A DNA stretch of 64,000 bases from Isurus oxyrinchus (Eukaryota), in the NCBI GenBank assembly GCA_026770705.1, contig JANJGN010000037.1:10168001-10232000 (forward strand). The letters run 5' to 3'. Below, piece by piece: positions 25,532 to 39,400 of the stretch. Each line of letters opens with the position of its first letter. Within the stretch, counting starts at the first letter, position 1. A program made the position numbers and the translations under genes. The notes below the pieces were generated by a model. That model ran no database searches, was not told where the DNA came from, and saw only the letters and a list, made by a program, of their open reading frames with translations.

Positions 25532-26032
25532 GGCCTTTATTCTCTGCCCCCCCCCCACCACTGACCACCGACAGTGGTGACCTCCGAAGCTGGCCAGCAC
25601 TTGTCCCCAGACAACCCCCCCCAGCAGTCACCTCCGGGGCCAGGCATCAGTTGCCCCGACGCCCCTGAGGCCTGTAAACAACAGGCGAGCTGTGGAGAAA
25701 GCTGCTGCTCACTCACCTCAGCTCCCCAAAGTGAAGGCCGCCATTTGCACGTCACCTCCGTGCTGTTGTGAGGCACATCAGCGTGCTTTCCCGCCGAAGA
25801 GGATGGACGATGTGGCGGGGTTCCAAGATCCTGGTGGGCTGGCCTTTTAATTTTATGCTGATGTATTGCAATCAATTCACTGCTGTCCAATGGCAGTAAA
25901 CGCGGCACGCTGTTGGCGGGCTGAACGGACGATCACGGCCTGCCTTCATGCCCTCGTGAAGCCGGTCGCACCATATTTTCCATGCACGCCACCTATCACA
26001 CCCGCCGCCAGCATGCTTGGAAAATTCCACCC

Positions 26033-26540
26033 AGAGTAAAACTCCCTCTACACTGTCCCCATCAAACACTTCCAGGACAGGCACAGCATGGGGTTAGATA
26101 CAGAGTAAAGCTCCCTCTACACTGTCCCCATCAAACACTTCCAGGACAGGCACAGCACGGGGTTAGATACAGAGTAAAACTCCCTCTTCACTGTCCCCAT
26201 CAAACACTCCCAGGACAGGTACAGCATGGGGTTAGATACAGAGTAAAACTCCCTCTACACTGTCCCCATCAAACACTCCCAGGACAAGTACAGCATGGTG
26301 TTAGATGCAGAGTAAAGCTCTCTCTACACTGTCCCCATCAAACACTCCCAGGACAGGTACAGCATGGGGTTAGATACAGAATATAGCTCTCACTACACTG
26401 TCCCCATCAAACACTCCCAGGACAGGTCCAGCATGGGGTTAGATACAGAATATAGCTCCCTCTACACTGTCTCCATCATTCACTCGCAGGACAGGTACAG
26501 CATTGAGTGTGATACAAAGTACATCTTCCTCTACAGTGCC
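26033..26540. repeat. 69-bp satellite, right part (~7 copies)
   Basis: Same unit as 22070-22325; translates as the 23-aa repeat RVKLPLHCPHQTLPGQVQHGVRY. Confidence 0.95.
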
Positions 26541-28904
26541 CCAATAATTGCCTCAGTCCCAACTTCAAAAGAACAGCCCCTTGCGTACCAGTGTGATATT
26601 TTCAAGCTTTCGTACTGCCCTTCCTGTGGATTCTCTAGCTCCAATTAGTGATGAATGAGGGAATGTTTTGTGCTGATGAGAAACTGGGTTGAGGCTGCCT
26701 CAAACTTTTACCAGGAATGCATTTTATAGGCAATTTCGAGGCAGCAGTTCTTGATTGTGCGGCATGTTGAGTTAATAATTCAGTGGAGAGCTATGGGAAT
26801 TGCTGATATTTTATGATGAATAAAATCTTTTATTATTTTTACTAGCCTGAGGCTCAAGATCCAAGCTTAGGCTCGTTATACTTTAACAAGGGGATGCTGG
26901 AGAACCTATAGAAATGGAGTTCTTTGATGCTAAGTTGCTCAGAATGCACTTCTGAAAAGTTCATTTACTGTCCTGACATTGAAGACTTCTGAAAATACTT
27001 GCTGGGACTCTGGGGAGTTTGGGTCAAGAGCTTCAAACTCTTGCACATATTTGGCGAGCAGATGCTCTGACCTTGTTCTGACCCAGACATTCTGATACAA
27101 GACAGCAGGTTCGGGGGTGGTCCCTTAAGTTCTCACTGACCTTAAAGCTTGACTGTTGCTAAATTAAAGACGTATGACACTGAGCTCAATCTAAATTCTA
27201 CATGCGATTGCAAGGAACCTTTATTTAGCAGTTGGCACTATAATTCATGTATGGGGTCACAACTGGTGGTACCACATATTGTGTTGAAGCACTGCTTCGT
27301 GAAACTTATTTTTTGAAATGATTGTTTTAATCTGATTGTGCTGTGAGAAGGGTTACGTGTGGGTAGCCTGCACAATGAGTGATCCACAATGTCTTCAATT
27401 ATATATTAACAATATAATCAAAGCACTCCAGTTGATCCTATGGGTAAAGCAGCATTGAATTGAAGGGATTAGTTGCAATCCTTGGTCTCTGCTAAATTTG
27501 CCGATCTCAGCCAGGGCAGCAGCTGCGGGTGGGACAATGTCCTTTCCCTTATTATTAACCATTTGCTGTAACTATAATCCAGCATTAATCAGCACCGTCA
27601 GGAAAGGAGGAGAGAACTTTTATAGGTGGGTAGCCTGTCCAGGGAGGGATGCCGAACATGTTGAAAATAATCTGCGTTTAGCAATTGGTTTGTTTGTCAC
27701 ACTCCTAAACATCACGCTTCATTTCAGCTGAAAGTCAATTTTGGGGAAAGACCAAGAAAGCAAGTCTCTTAATCTTGTTGCTTCTCACTTGGAGCCTGAA
27801 ACTGAAGAGCATTTTCCAAGTTGCACAATCCCCTGACAAACCAGCTGTCAAAATTGCCATGGGGCTGTTTATTTAAAAAAAATTCAATTTTCTTTAGCCT
27901 TAAAGTGACACCATAGACCATTACATTATGTGATACACAGTATTCCTCCCCCTCCCCTCTTTATAAAACACGAGTAGCATCATCTTATCATGGGTCAACA
28001 ACATGGGGATATAACATTTAAAAACTCAGAGGGAAATAGGGTGATGAAGGAGCCCGTCCCAGTATGGGTCATTATAAAATTACTTTCTGGCACATTTCCC
28101 ACAACAAGCTCTTTTCAGATCTGATGATTTCCTTATCATTGGCGTGGCCACTATCTAGGAATGCCAGCTTCTTGCCAGCTCTCTGGCACCACTCTGCTCA
28201 TTGTATGTCCCTCTGCGATACTTTTTCCTACATAGCGAGTGGTGACATATATTCAAACTTACTCCTTTGTAATTGCACAGGGTAATCTCCTGTACACTGC
28301 TCTAAATTTCTGACTAGTGAGATTTTCAGAACACATTCACCCTACTGAAAGTTAATGGTTGTTTTCAAATGTACATGCTTCCCAGTGGCTAGTTTGAGTA
28401 AAGGCACTACCTTTATTAAAAGCTATTTATGTTAATAAGTCCCAGGTTCACTTAATAATCTCTGCTGAGTTGGGTGATTTCAACAAGGGATGCAGTGCTG
28501 TAGCCATGTGTAGAGCCTTCCCACATTGTGACTGTTTCCACTGGTGAAGAGAGAGTGAAGAGCTTTTTATAACAATGCTGTACATAGACCTAGGAAAAAA
28601 GAGGTAAATCGCTACATGAACCTTTCTTCGCTATATCTTACAGTGAATGAAAATCATGCTGTAATCTAGTTGAATGCACCCACACTCTGACACTTTGCTA
28701 TTCTTCATGTGTGAATCCAGACAGTGAATAGCGATATGCTATTTGTCTATTAATGCTCCACAGCCATGCCTATAATCCTGCATGCACTTTCACAGTGCCC
28801 ACTTTCCTTAAGAGACTGTTGATTACAGTTATGATTGAGAAGCTAACCCTCGTTAGTTTCGAAGAACTGAAACCAATTTAAGGACCTACTGGTGTTCCGG
28901 TTAA

Positions 28905-29620
28905 TCCATAGAATCACAGAAGCTGTACAAAAGAAAGCCATTTTGGTTCATTGGGTCTGTGTTGGCTCTTTGTAAGAGCAATCCAGAACTTGTCTCCCTG
29001 TTCAGTTATCTCCCCTCTGCCCTAGCTGTACTTCCACTGCTTCAATTATGTATTAATGCTTTGGTTTCTGCTTCAACTTTTCCCTGTGGGAAAACATTCC
29101 ATTCTCCAGCAAATCTCTGCATCAAGAAATTTCTCCTAACCTCTCTCCTCACCATCTTAGTGAGAGTAAAGTTGGAGGCAGTGGTGTAGTGGTATTATCT
29201 CCAGACTATTACTCCAGGTACCCAGGGTTTTGCTCTGGGGACCTGTGTTCAAATTCCACCATGGCAGAATTTAATTTTAAAAATTTGGAATTAAAAGTTT
29301 AATGATGACTATGAACCCACTGTTAATTGCTGTAAACCCCATCTGGTTCGCTAATGTCCTTTAGGGAAGGAAATCTGCCGTCCTTACCTGGTCTGGCCTA
29401 CGTGTGACTCCAAACCCACAGCACTGTGGTTGACTTTTAAAAATAGGAAGGCAATATATGCTGGCCCAGCCAGTGATGCCACACCCCATGAACAAATAAA
29501 AAAAAATGTTTTAAACTGATGACCCCTTGTTACTGATTTCCCCAACTGAAATATATATCCCCTGTTCATCCTATCACAAGTCTTCCTAGTTGCAAAAACC
29601 TCTTAACTCTCTCCTCATCA
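28905..29620 (-). mobile_element. Degenerate CR1 3' fragment interrupted by a SINE
   Basis: catagaatcacagaa tail; ctctgcatcaagaaatttctcctaac; resumes at ttaaactgatgaccccttgt after the SINE. Confidence 0.55.
29175..29506 (+). mobile_element. tRNA-derived SINE (same family as 11008)
   Basis: A box tggtgtagtgg, B box gttcaaattcc, LINE-derived tail and poly(A). Confidence 0.85.
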
Positions 29621-31074
29621 GTGGGAATAGTCACAGTATGGGAAGGCTGTACTCATGGCTACAGCTTGTCATCCCTTTTTAAAATCACCCAACTCTACGG
29701 GGATCATTAAGTGAACCTGGGCTTTTTAATATCTGTTGTTTTAAGCGCCTTTACTCAAACCAGGCGTTGGGAAGCATGTGCATTGAACATCATCATATAC
29801 CAGTCATCGTATTGCTTGTTTGTTATTAAGATGGGCACGCTCAGAGGACATATTGGATCGCATGGGATCGTGATCTGTTTATTTCCAAAACCACCAGACC
29901 ACCTTTGTGTTATGAAGCACATCACATCACATCTGGCATTCTTTGGTATTTATGTATGAAGGCTCCTTTTCTTCGCCCAGGGCAGGAAGAGCCTCCTGGC
30001 TGTGTTTAATAACACTGGAGTTGGGTCTGAAATCTTGACAGTTCTTTAAAATGTACATGACATCTGTTTATTTTATTCACCATAAAATGGCAAATATTTA
30101 CATTTTGAAGTTTGGGAATTTGGGGTACTTGTAAAAAAAAATCTTTGGGATACTGTTAATCTTCAGTGCATTAATGCATGCTTAGCCCCCGTTAAAATGT
30201 CGTGGTGGTCTTCAACAACTCCCTGTGCATGCTTCCTCCTCCCCACTTCCCCAGGAGGCACTGATTCTTGCTCGGGTACTGTTCCATAGGCTCTGACAGC
30301 TCTTTCCTACATAACCTAAATAGTAATCCTTCATAGACAGAGTAGGAGATTCAGTTCCACTGCAAAGCCTGATTCTGCCTCAACTTGACATCTACACGGG
30401 TGCACTCTCCAGAAAAGGTCACTGGAAGGGTCTGAAGCAGGAACCCTGTTGAATTTATCCCAACCCGACTCCCCCCCACCCCCCCAGCCCAGGGGCAATG
30501 AGACCAATTGTAGAATCTATCCCCTGCCCTAACTGAAATCGAAAAGCCTTTTTTTACGAGCGATGCTCAAGAAACGTAGTGTTAAAGGGGTGAAAGATGT
30601 AAAATGAAATGATTTGTGTTCATCTGTTTCCAGTTAATATTTATATAGACTGAGAAAAATCAGATGTTTGGGTAACCTATGGGTTGACTGGAAAATGCAT
30701 ATGCAAAGCATTATATGTAGTCAGATCTGACACCTAAAGAATTATAGAGTTGGAAAAATTCCATGGTCCTTTCTGCATTCCTCATATGGGGGGGAGGGTT
30801 CACAATTTAATCCACCACAGAAGTTTCCCTGAAGCACGTAGTTGCACAGTTTAAGTATGTTAGGGTTTTTCAGCATTTTGAATTATTTTCCTCCCCTTTT
30901 CACAGCCGTTCCTCTTCACCATCACTCAGTATTCCCTGACAAAGGGACAGTCAAGTGAGAACACCAGCAGTGGAAACATAGCTTAAAGAGCATTGAAAAG
31001 ATACCCTCATATCTCAGTTATTACTTGTATCCGTTGTGGCACTGGACTGTACTATAACAATAACTTGCCTTTCT

Positions 31075-31265
31075 ATCACCTACAAGGCACAAATCAGGAG
31101 TATGATGGAATAGGCCCCACTTGCCTCGATGAGCCTAGTTCCAATAATGCTTACGAAGCTGGACGCTATACCAGGATAAACATCCCATCCACCACTTTAA
31201 ACATTCACTCCCTACATTATCAGTGCAATGTGGCTGTATTGTGTATCTACAAGATGTATTATAGC
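31075..31265 (+). mobile_element. Decayed fragment of the 41-44 kb LINE family ORF
   Basis: PSTTLNIHSLHYQCNVAVLCIYKMY matches PSTNIHSLYHQRTVAFVCTIYKMH (41475-41708). Confidence 0.7.
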
Positions 31266-32577
31266 AAAGGAGGAGAGCGAGATGGAGACGTTTCGGCAGG
31301 GAATTTCAGAGCTCAGGGTTCTGGCAGGTAAGGGCATGACTGCCTTTGGTGGAATGCCAGTTGCAGCTGCGCAAGATGCCAGAATTGGAAGAGTGCAGAG
31401 ATCTCAGCATGCCACAGGGCTGATGGTTACAGAGTTAAGGAGGCAGGACGGTCCTGGATTCAACCCTTGGCTTGTGTTGAGTTAGCCAATCTCATTCATT
31501 GTGAGCAAGCTACTTGTTTCTGGACTAGGGGGTGAAGAAATATCAGCTCTCACATATCTTGCTGCAAGGTATACCCGTGAGGACATCAGAGAAAGACAGG
31601 AGTGGTCTGTGATGTCTGCCATAACTAGCCTAGACTCTCAAAGATAGAATGACTGTTTGAACAAGGCACTGGAAAATGGCTGCTGAGAGTCACTTTAGGA
31701 AAGAATGGAGCATAATTAAAAGGAAAAAAAATCGTTGGATTTTCTCTCCCAGCTCTGCTCAGTGCATCCTTAACTAATTGTGTGGGGAATTGATTATATG
31801 TTGCATTAGTTAATCAATCTGCTCTGTTACTAGGCCAACTCCCCATAGTGTTTTAATCTACGTACCACTGTGAGATCTACAGTTACACAACCATCTGCCT
31901 AGCTGAGGAATCATGAATTTTTTTTGAATCTATTGATCCCTTCCTGGTTTGTTCATGAAATGAGCCTTTATTCTAATTCTCCAGGTGGATTTGAGTGACA
32001 GCCAGGCCTGATATTAATCCTTGGGACCATCTGGTTACGATGGCAGTTGTGTAATCCTCCCTGTTTGCCAGTTCAGTCAATTTTCTGTGCATGCTGTAGC
32101 AGTGAAATTCTGTAGATATATTGGGACTGATCAAGGTTTTATTGTTAGCACATATCCACTATGTAATTTAAATGTCTGAGCAATGGTTAATCTACTGCTG
32201 AGGATATCAAGCATTAGAAAATTAAAATATGAAAGAGAATCTTACATTGTTTTGGTAGATGGACTGACTACACTGAGGCTAATGGATGCATGTCAGATAG
32301 ATTCTTCCCACTGAACATATTCTCTTCAGTCAATTATTTTTCTTATGGAAATTATGGTGAAACCCTTCAATTATGGGTATTGCCAGAAGGAATGATCATT
32401 TATTTTGCTTCTTTTCTTCCTCCCCATCTCTTTCTCCTCCCCTTACCCCACCCCCCGCCCCTCCAAAAGCCACGGGCATAGACAGTCCTCAGCTACTTAA
32501 TTCAAGAGGGGATTCTTCATTTGTGATCATCAACAGTGAGTGTCATTGGTCAGTTTGGCATGGTGGTACACTATAGT

Positions 32578-32580
<3 letters not shown>

Positions 32581-32614
<34 letters not shown>

Positions 32615-32620
32615 ACACAC
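32581..32620. repeat. (CA)n microsatellite
   Basis: ~20 AC units with one interruption. Confidence 0.95.
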
Positions 32621-32699
32621 AATTGTTGACACAATTGTTTGCACTATCCCCTTTGTGTCACAAAGTTACGAATTCAGGCCGTTCTCTTGAATTTAAGCA

Positions 32700-33080
32700 A
32701 TTATATTCAGCTGACACTCTGGTCCAGTGCTGATGGAGTGCTACATTATCAGCAGTGCTGGCTTTCAAATGATGTATTAAGCTGAAACGTGTTTGAGTTA
32801 TCAGTAGTTCAGTTGGACTTTAATAAAGATTCCCCTGTGTTGTGCAGAGAAGAGCAGGGGGTTCTGCAGTTCTCCTGGGCAGTGCTCCTCCCTTGATCAA
32901 CAACAGCAAAAAAGAGGTTAAGTGTCATTTATCGCATCCTGTTTATTGTTTAACAGTGCATATAATGTTCTCACAGTTGCATTCACAACAACAATCCTTA
33001 CATTTCAAAAGTAACATTTTTTAAGTGTGAGATGTATTTGACAGAGGTGATAAGGTGGTATATAAATTAAATTATTTCTT
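32700..33080 (+). mobile_element. Degenerate Deu-domain SINE
   Basis: Similar to 44553-45016 (aaagattccc...gaagagcagggg...tatataaat). Confidence 0.55.
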
Positions 33081-33254
33081 TTCAAATTAATACATGGTGT
33101 ATCCCCAATTCTATCAGCATATACTTCAAAAGAAAACACAACATTTTTTAGGTTAATAGTTTTTACACGCCCCCTAACTGTAGAAGGGCCTGAGTGTGTT
33201 GCTGTGCTTGTCCATGTGCTGTGCAGTGACCTGGGAAATAGGCTTCATATGGCT

Positions 33255-33607
33255 TTTCTTATTTGTTCATGGGATGTGGGCATCACTGGCTAGATCAGCA
33301 TGTATTGCCCATCCCTAATTGCCCTTGTTCAGATGGCATATAAGAGTCAATCCCCATTGCTGTGGGTCTGGAATCACATGTAGGCCAGGCTTAGAGTGGC
33401 AGATTTCCTTCTCTAAAGAACATTGGTGAACCAAATGGGTTTTTACAACAATTGGCAATGGCTTCATGGTTATCATCAGACTTTTAGTTTCAGGTTTTGT
33501 TGAATTTAAATTTCACCATGTGCTATGGTGGGATTCAAACCCGGATCCCCTCGAGCATTCCCCTGGGTCTCTGGAATACTAGTCCTGTGACAATACCACT
33601 ATGCTGT
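33255..33607 (-). mobile_element. tRNA-derived SINE (same family as 11008)
   Basis: Reverse-complement copy with B box gggtttgaatccc and tail gggcaattagggatgggcaa. Confidence 0.85.
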
Positions 33608-34361
33608 GCATTTCTGGATTCAAAATGTTCGTTCTTATGGATGGCAACAGAAATGTGATACAGCGTGGAATTCTGAATTTAAAAAGAAACGGAGCATATC
33701 AGTGATTCACCCAGCAACAACCCCATTGAAATTATACAGATACAGAACTTTCAGCTGATTATCTATTGAAAGTATCTGTGAACTTAGATTCTTCCTCTAT
33801 CTTGACATTTTATATTTTTGTCTAAAAGTCAAATCTTCTAATTCGGTTTCCTGCCAGTAGATGGGCCTTTGTGGATCCTGATGTTTACTGCAAATGTTTT
33901 AGGGGGTGTACTAGTGCAGTTAGTCTTAATCCCAGCCGCTAGATCTTGGATTGAGAAACTGAGGGCACATACAAAATCTGATGTCTGGTGTTTGGAAGAC
34001 AGTAGAGAAATGGCTTGTGCACCAATGAACATTAGGGCAAGAGATTTATCTGGGACAATATCTGCTATTTCTACAATTGGCCTTGCAGAGTGATTGGTTG
34101 CTTGTGCAGTGCAATTTTGCATCAAGATCTCTGGCCTGTGAAAGCTATGGTTTCTGGTGGGCTTCTGGTAATTGACCACATGTTCTAAAGCCGGTGTGTA
34201 AGCTTTGTGCTGTTTCAGTGCTTGGTCGTGTTTTACTTGGATCGCACAGTGGCCTGGATGTTCTGGGAGCTGATGGTGCAGTGCTTGTTGTAATGGGCAG
34301 GGCAGGCAGCTTCAACCACGGTCCGTTCAAAAATATTGGCTGCAACTGAGTCCATGGTGCT

Positions 34362-37110
34362 TCACAGTATCTTTACAGTGCAGAAGGCGGTCATTCGGCC
34401 CATCCAGTCTGCACTGGCTGTCTGAAAGAGCATTCCACCCAGTCCCAAGCCCCTTGCCTTATCCCCGTAACCTTGCACATTCTTTCTTTTCAGGCAGCAA
34501 TCCAATTCCCTTTTGAATATCTCGATCGAACCTGCCTCCACCGCCCATTCAGGAAATTTGTTCCAGACTCCAACCACCCTCTGGATGAAAATTTTTTTGC
34601 TCATCACATTTACCCCTTTTGTCAATTATTTTGAATCTGTGTCCTCTAGTTCTTGATGCTCTCTTGAATGGGAACAGTTTCTCACTATTTATCCTGTCCA
34701 TACTCCTCAGGATCTTGAATATCTCTTATCAAGTCTCCTCTCAGCCTTCTTTTCTCCAAGGAAAACAGCCCCAACCTCACTAATCTACCCTCATAGCTAC
34801 AGTTCTTTATCTCTGGGATCTTTCCTGTGAATCTCCTCTGTACTCTCTCCAATGCCTTCACATCCTTCCTCAAGTATGGCGCCCAAAACTGGACGCAGTA
34901 CTCCAGATGAGGCCTAATTAGCGTCTTACACAAGTTCAACATGATCTCCTTATTCTTCTACTCAATGCCCCCATTAATAAAGCTGAAGATACCACATGCT
35001 TTATTAACTGCTCTCTCAACATGCCCTGCCATCTTCAGTGACCTTTGTACGTATACACTGAGGTCCCTCTGTTCCTATACCTCCTTTAGAGGCTTTCCCT
35101 TTATTTCATACTCACCATATCTTTCCTGCCAAAATGAATCACCTTACACTTCTCTGCATTGAGCTTCATCTGCCACTTGTCTGCCCAATCCACCAACATG
35201 TCTATGTCCTTTTGAAGTTCAAGACTATCCCGATCAGAGTTGACAACATTTCCAATCTTTGTATCATCTGCAAAATTTGAAATCATGCCCTGTACACCAC
35301 AGACTAGGTCATTAATATATATCAGGAAGAGCAAGGGTGCCAACACTAACTCCTTGGGAACTCCACGACAAATCTTCTTCCAATCTGAAAAACAACCATT
35401 TATCACTACTCTCTGTTTCCTGTCACTCAGCCAATTTCTTATCTAAGTGCCAACTTTCCCTTTTATTCCATGACCTAGAATTTTGCTCACAAGTCTGTTG
35501 CGTGGCATTGTATCAAATGCCTTTTGAAAATCCATATATGCCGCAGCAACAGCGTTGCCCTCATCAACTTTCTCTGTTACCTTCTCAAAAAACTCCAGCA
35601 AGTTAGTCAAACATGATTTTCCCTTGATGAATCCATGCTGACTTTCCTTAATTATCCTACACTTGTCTAAGTGACTATTGATTTTATCCCGTACTATAGT
35701 TTCCAGAAGTTTCCCTACCACTGAAGTTAAACTGACTGGCCTGTATTGGCCAGCTTTATCCCTTGTACCCCTTTTTGAAAAAGGGTGTAATATTTGCAAT
35801 TCCCAGTCCTCTGGCACTTCCCCTGTGTCTAAGGAGGACTCGAAGATTATCACTGGTGCTTCTGCAATTTCCACTTTCACTTCCCTCAGTACCCTTGGGC
35901 CCATCTCATCCAGTCCTGGTACATTATCTATTTTAAGTAAAGATGGCTTTTACAACACCACCTTCCTCTCAGTTGTAAGTTCTTCTAGTGTACCAGTTAC
36001 CTCCTCTCTCACCTTGGCCTGGGTGGCAAGTTCTTCTTTGTAAAGACAGATCCAAAGTACTCATTTAACAGTTCTGCTATTTCTCCAGCCTGCACATGCA
36101 AGTCCCCTTTTTGTGCCCCTAATCAGCCCTACTCTTTCTTTTACCACCCTTTTATTATTTACATGCTTATATAAGACCTTGGGATTCCTTTTTATGTTCG
36201 TTGTCAGCCTCTTTACATGCTCTATCCTTGCTTCTCTAATTAGTTTCTTCACTTCCCCTCTGGTCCTTCTTTATTCATCCTGATTCTCCATTGTATTTTC
36301 TACCTGACATCTGTCATACACGCACTTCTTCCTTTTCATCTTTATCTCTATCTCTCTCGTCATCTGGATTTATTTGTCCTACCTTTCCTCTTCAAGGGAA
36401 TATATCTCGACTTTGCCTGCAATACTTTTCCTTTAAAGGTGGCCCATTGTTCAGCCACCATCTTTTCTGCCAACATTTGATTCCAACTCGCTCGACTCAG
36501 ATGCATTCTTATCCCATCGAAGTTGGCTTTCCCCCAATTAATTATCTCTGCTCTGGATTGTTCCCTGTTCTTTTCCATGATTAACCTAAACCTTATGATA
36601 CAATGGTCACTGTCCCCTAGATGCTCTCCCACTAATATTTAATCCACTGGGCCAACTCATTCCCCAGAACGATGTCCAAAAGTGCATGTCCTCCATTGGA
36701 ATGGAAACATATTGCTGCAGAAAATTATCTTGAATACACTCCAGGAACACTCCTCTTGTCCCTTTGCACTATTCTTATGCCAGTATATATTTGGATAATT
36801 GAAGTCCCCCATTATGGTTACTCTATAATTCTTGCACCTCTCTGTAATTCCTTTGCAAATTTATTTCTCTACATGCCTTCCACTAATTGGTGGTCTATAT
36901 ACTACACCAATCAATGTTATTTCACCTTTTTCATTCCTTGCCTCTAGCCAGAGAGATTCCATCCTTGACCTCTGTGGAACATCCTCTCTCTCCAGTACTG
37001 TAATGCCATCTTTAATCAATATTGCCAATATTCCCCCTTCCCCCACCCCACCCCCATCCCCATTCTTCCTTCCCTGTCTCTCCTTAACACCTTGTATCCA
37101 GGATTACTAT
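34362..37110 (-). mobile_element. CR1 LINE, 5'-truncated, decayed ORF2 (APE + RT) and 3' UTR
   Basis: APE fragments (GVVYRPP, HLGDSDH); RT motifs YRPVSLTSVVGKLLE, QHGF, YMDFQKAFD, GVPKELVLAP, FADDTK; multiple frameshifts. Confidence 0.95.
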
Positions 37111-38299
37111 TATTTACGTTAGAAATTGAGTTTTCCATAGCACTGTACAACATTAGAGACAGAATGTAGGTAGGCAGGGGTAAAAGCAACACAATTTTGG
37201 TAATCCTGAGATGAATGGGGATGTAGAGAACCAGACTAGGAAATACAAATTGGAACGTGGACAAATATCAATATATTAGAGCAATAGGTTGAAAAGCGAC
37301 AAGCATTCACAACAGGATGCAATAATTAAGTGTGACTTTAGAAGAACGTGGGAAAATATATGTAAGAACTTTCATATATTACATAGAGAGGGTTTTGCAT
37401 CTATTGCAGATCCATAGGGTGTTGCACTTGAAATATGGATGTCACACCCAAGAATGTCATAACCTTGAAGGTACCTGTAGGGCAAACATATTTTGATTTT
37501 AAAATGTTTTTGATCCAGAAATACAAGGAGACAACAGCTGGTATAAATTGTTCCCAGCACCTGCCCTTTAAAACTTTTTCTCATTTAAACCTGAATCCCA
37601 AAGTCCTTTTAAAATGCAGACTGGGATCATGGCAGACTACCCCTCCTCTGAAGTTACCATTAGATGGTGTAGTACCCCTTGTGAGTTGTGGCAAAGGGGA
37701 AATGCATGCGCCGAGTGGTCCTGGCATTTTGCTTACTCTTCATTTGCAATGTTGCACCGTGAAGTCACTTGACAGCAGCACAACAGCAGCATTCTAAGGC
37801 ATTTCAGACTATGAGGAAAACAAATGCCAAATGCAAAAAAGCTAAAACCAGACAATCTGGTCCATCAAGCCATACGATCCAAACATAATACACTTTACAC
37901 ACAGCGTTAAATCCCGCTATCTGTCACACAAACTCCTGGAAAAGACAAAAAGCCGGAGGCCAATTTAGGAAACGCTCATTCCTCTTCAATTCCCAAAGGC
38001 AGTGTGGTGAGCTCCAGGAGGCCACACTAAATCATATCAAAAATCTAATCTATATTCTCCACTTTCAAGAATACATTCTGCTCCCTTCTGAAGGATGGCT
38101 GTGAATCTATATTTACACCAGGCTTTGGTACGCTATTCTGGAGGTGCATAACTCTCTCAAAAGAAATAGTTCCCAGTATCTAACTTAACTCTTAGCTTTC
38201 ATATTTGGAATAGGTAAATGGATGAGTGAGATTAACATGGATTATCAAAGGCATGATTGAAGAGCTGCGACAGAATTACACAGGTGTAAGAAGGGAGTA

Positions 38300-39400
38300 T
38301 GGTGGGGTGGGGCATGTTGGTGGCTGAAAGTCCTACCACCAATGGCAAGACAAGGAGGGGTGGTTATACAGGAGGGTGTCAGAAGAATAGTGCATTCAAA
38401 GGGATGGAAGGACATTATGTTGGAGGAGATTGTTGAAATTAGGTAGAAGTGAGGCCATGAAGGATTTAAATATGAATATTACATTCTAAAATTTAATACA
38501 TGGGGAATGGGAACCAGTGTAGATTAGCAAGACGTGAGCAAGTGAGCAGTACTTAGTGGGGCAAATTACATGCAGCAGAGTTTAATATAAATTGACGTTT
38601 TGGGAGGGCAGGGATCAAGAGAACAGTAGGGAGAGTATTAGAAAAGCCTGAGTTTGAAGATGATAGCATAGATATGGGTTTGATTGGTGGGGCAGCTAAA
38701 AGTGGCAATGTTGCTGAATTGAAGTAGATGGACTTTGTGAGAGAGAAGATAGGGGCTTAGAAATTCAGCTCGGGGTCAAACCGGAGGCTGAAGTAGAGAA
38801 CAATCGTGCTTAGCTGGAGACTGGTCAGGCAGTGATCAAATTAGTGGTGGGGGCTGAAGAAAACAGTTTCAGTCTTTCAATATTGAAAAAGATGAAGACA
38901 AGACTCATACAGCACTGGATATCAGACAAGTAGGTTGGCAGCATGGTGGTGGTAGTGAGATATGGCCAGGTGTCAACACATCCATATGGAAGTTATTCCT
39001 GTGTCTGTAAATAAATGTTACTGAGGAGCAGCATGCAAATGAGGAAAAGCAGATGGCCAAGAATAGATTCTTGAGGAAGCTTGGAGAGGAAGGGGTGGAC
39101 TTGGGGTTGGGAAGAAAAGCCACTGCTGGACAGGCTTGAGCTGTGCAGGAATTTAGGAATGGAACCATCCAACAACAGTCCCATAGAATTGTACAATACA
39201 GCAGGCCCATCGAGTCTGCACCAGTTCTTTCAAAAAGCAATCCAACGTGCATGGAGCGTGACGAGGAAAAGTTTTGAAGGAGGACGTTGTGATTGATTGT
39301 GTTAAATGCTGTGCAGAGAGTGAGGAGGAACAATACACTATGATGACATTCATAAAATATATCGCCCTTGGCTTTGGTTGAAGGCAATTTTAGTGATAAG
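38300..39400 (-). mobile_element. Old L2-like LINE fragment with a small CR1 tail at ~39180-39250
   Basis: LLTLCTAFNTINHNVLL resembles the L2 RT motif LLDLSAAFDTVDH; LPQESILGHLLFLI resembles VPQGSVLGPLLF. Confidence 0.6.

Larger units (their letters stand above)
22326..26032. mobile_element. PIF/Harbinger transposon inserted in the 69-bp satellite; internally deleted and inverted
   Basis: TIRs gggcataatttacc / ggaaaattccaccc; 3-bp TSD CGA/AGA in phase with the satellite unit. Confidence 0.85.

Noticed and set aside
25982-26386. Repeat-protein ORF (23-aa units)
   Set aside because: It is a by-product of a 69-bp (3n) satellite lacking stops in one frame.
29175-29260. tRNA gene
   Set aside because: A/B boxes are present, but the sequence continues into a SINE body and LINE tail, and no intact cloverleaf is evident.
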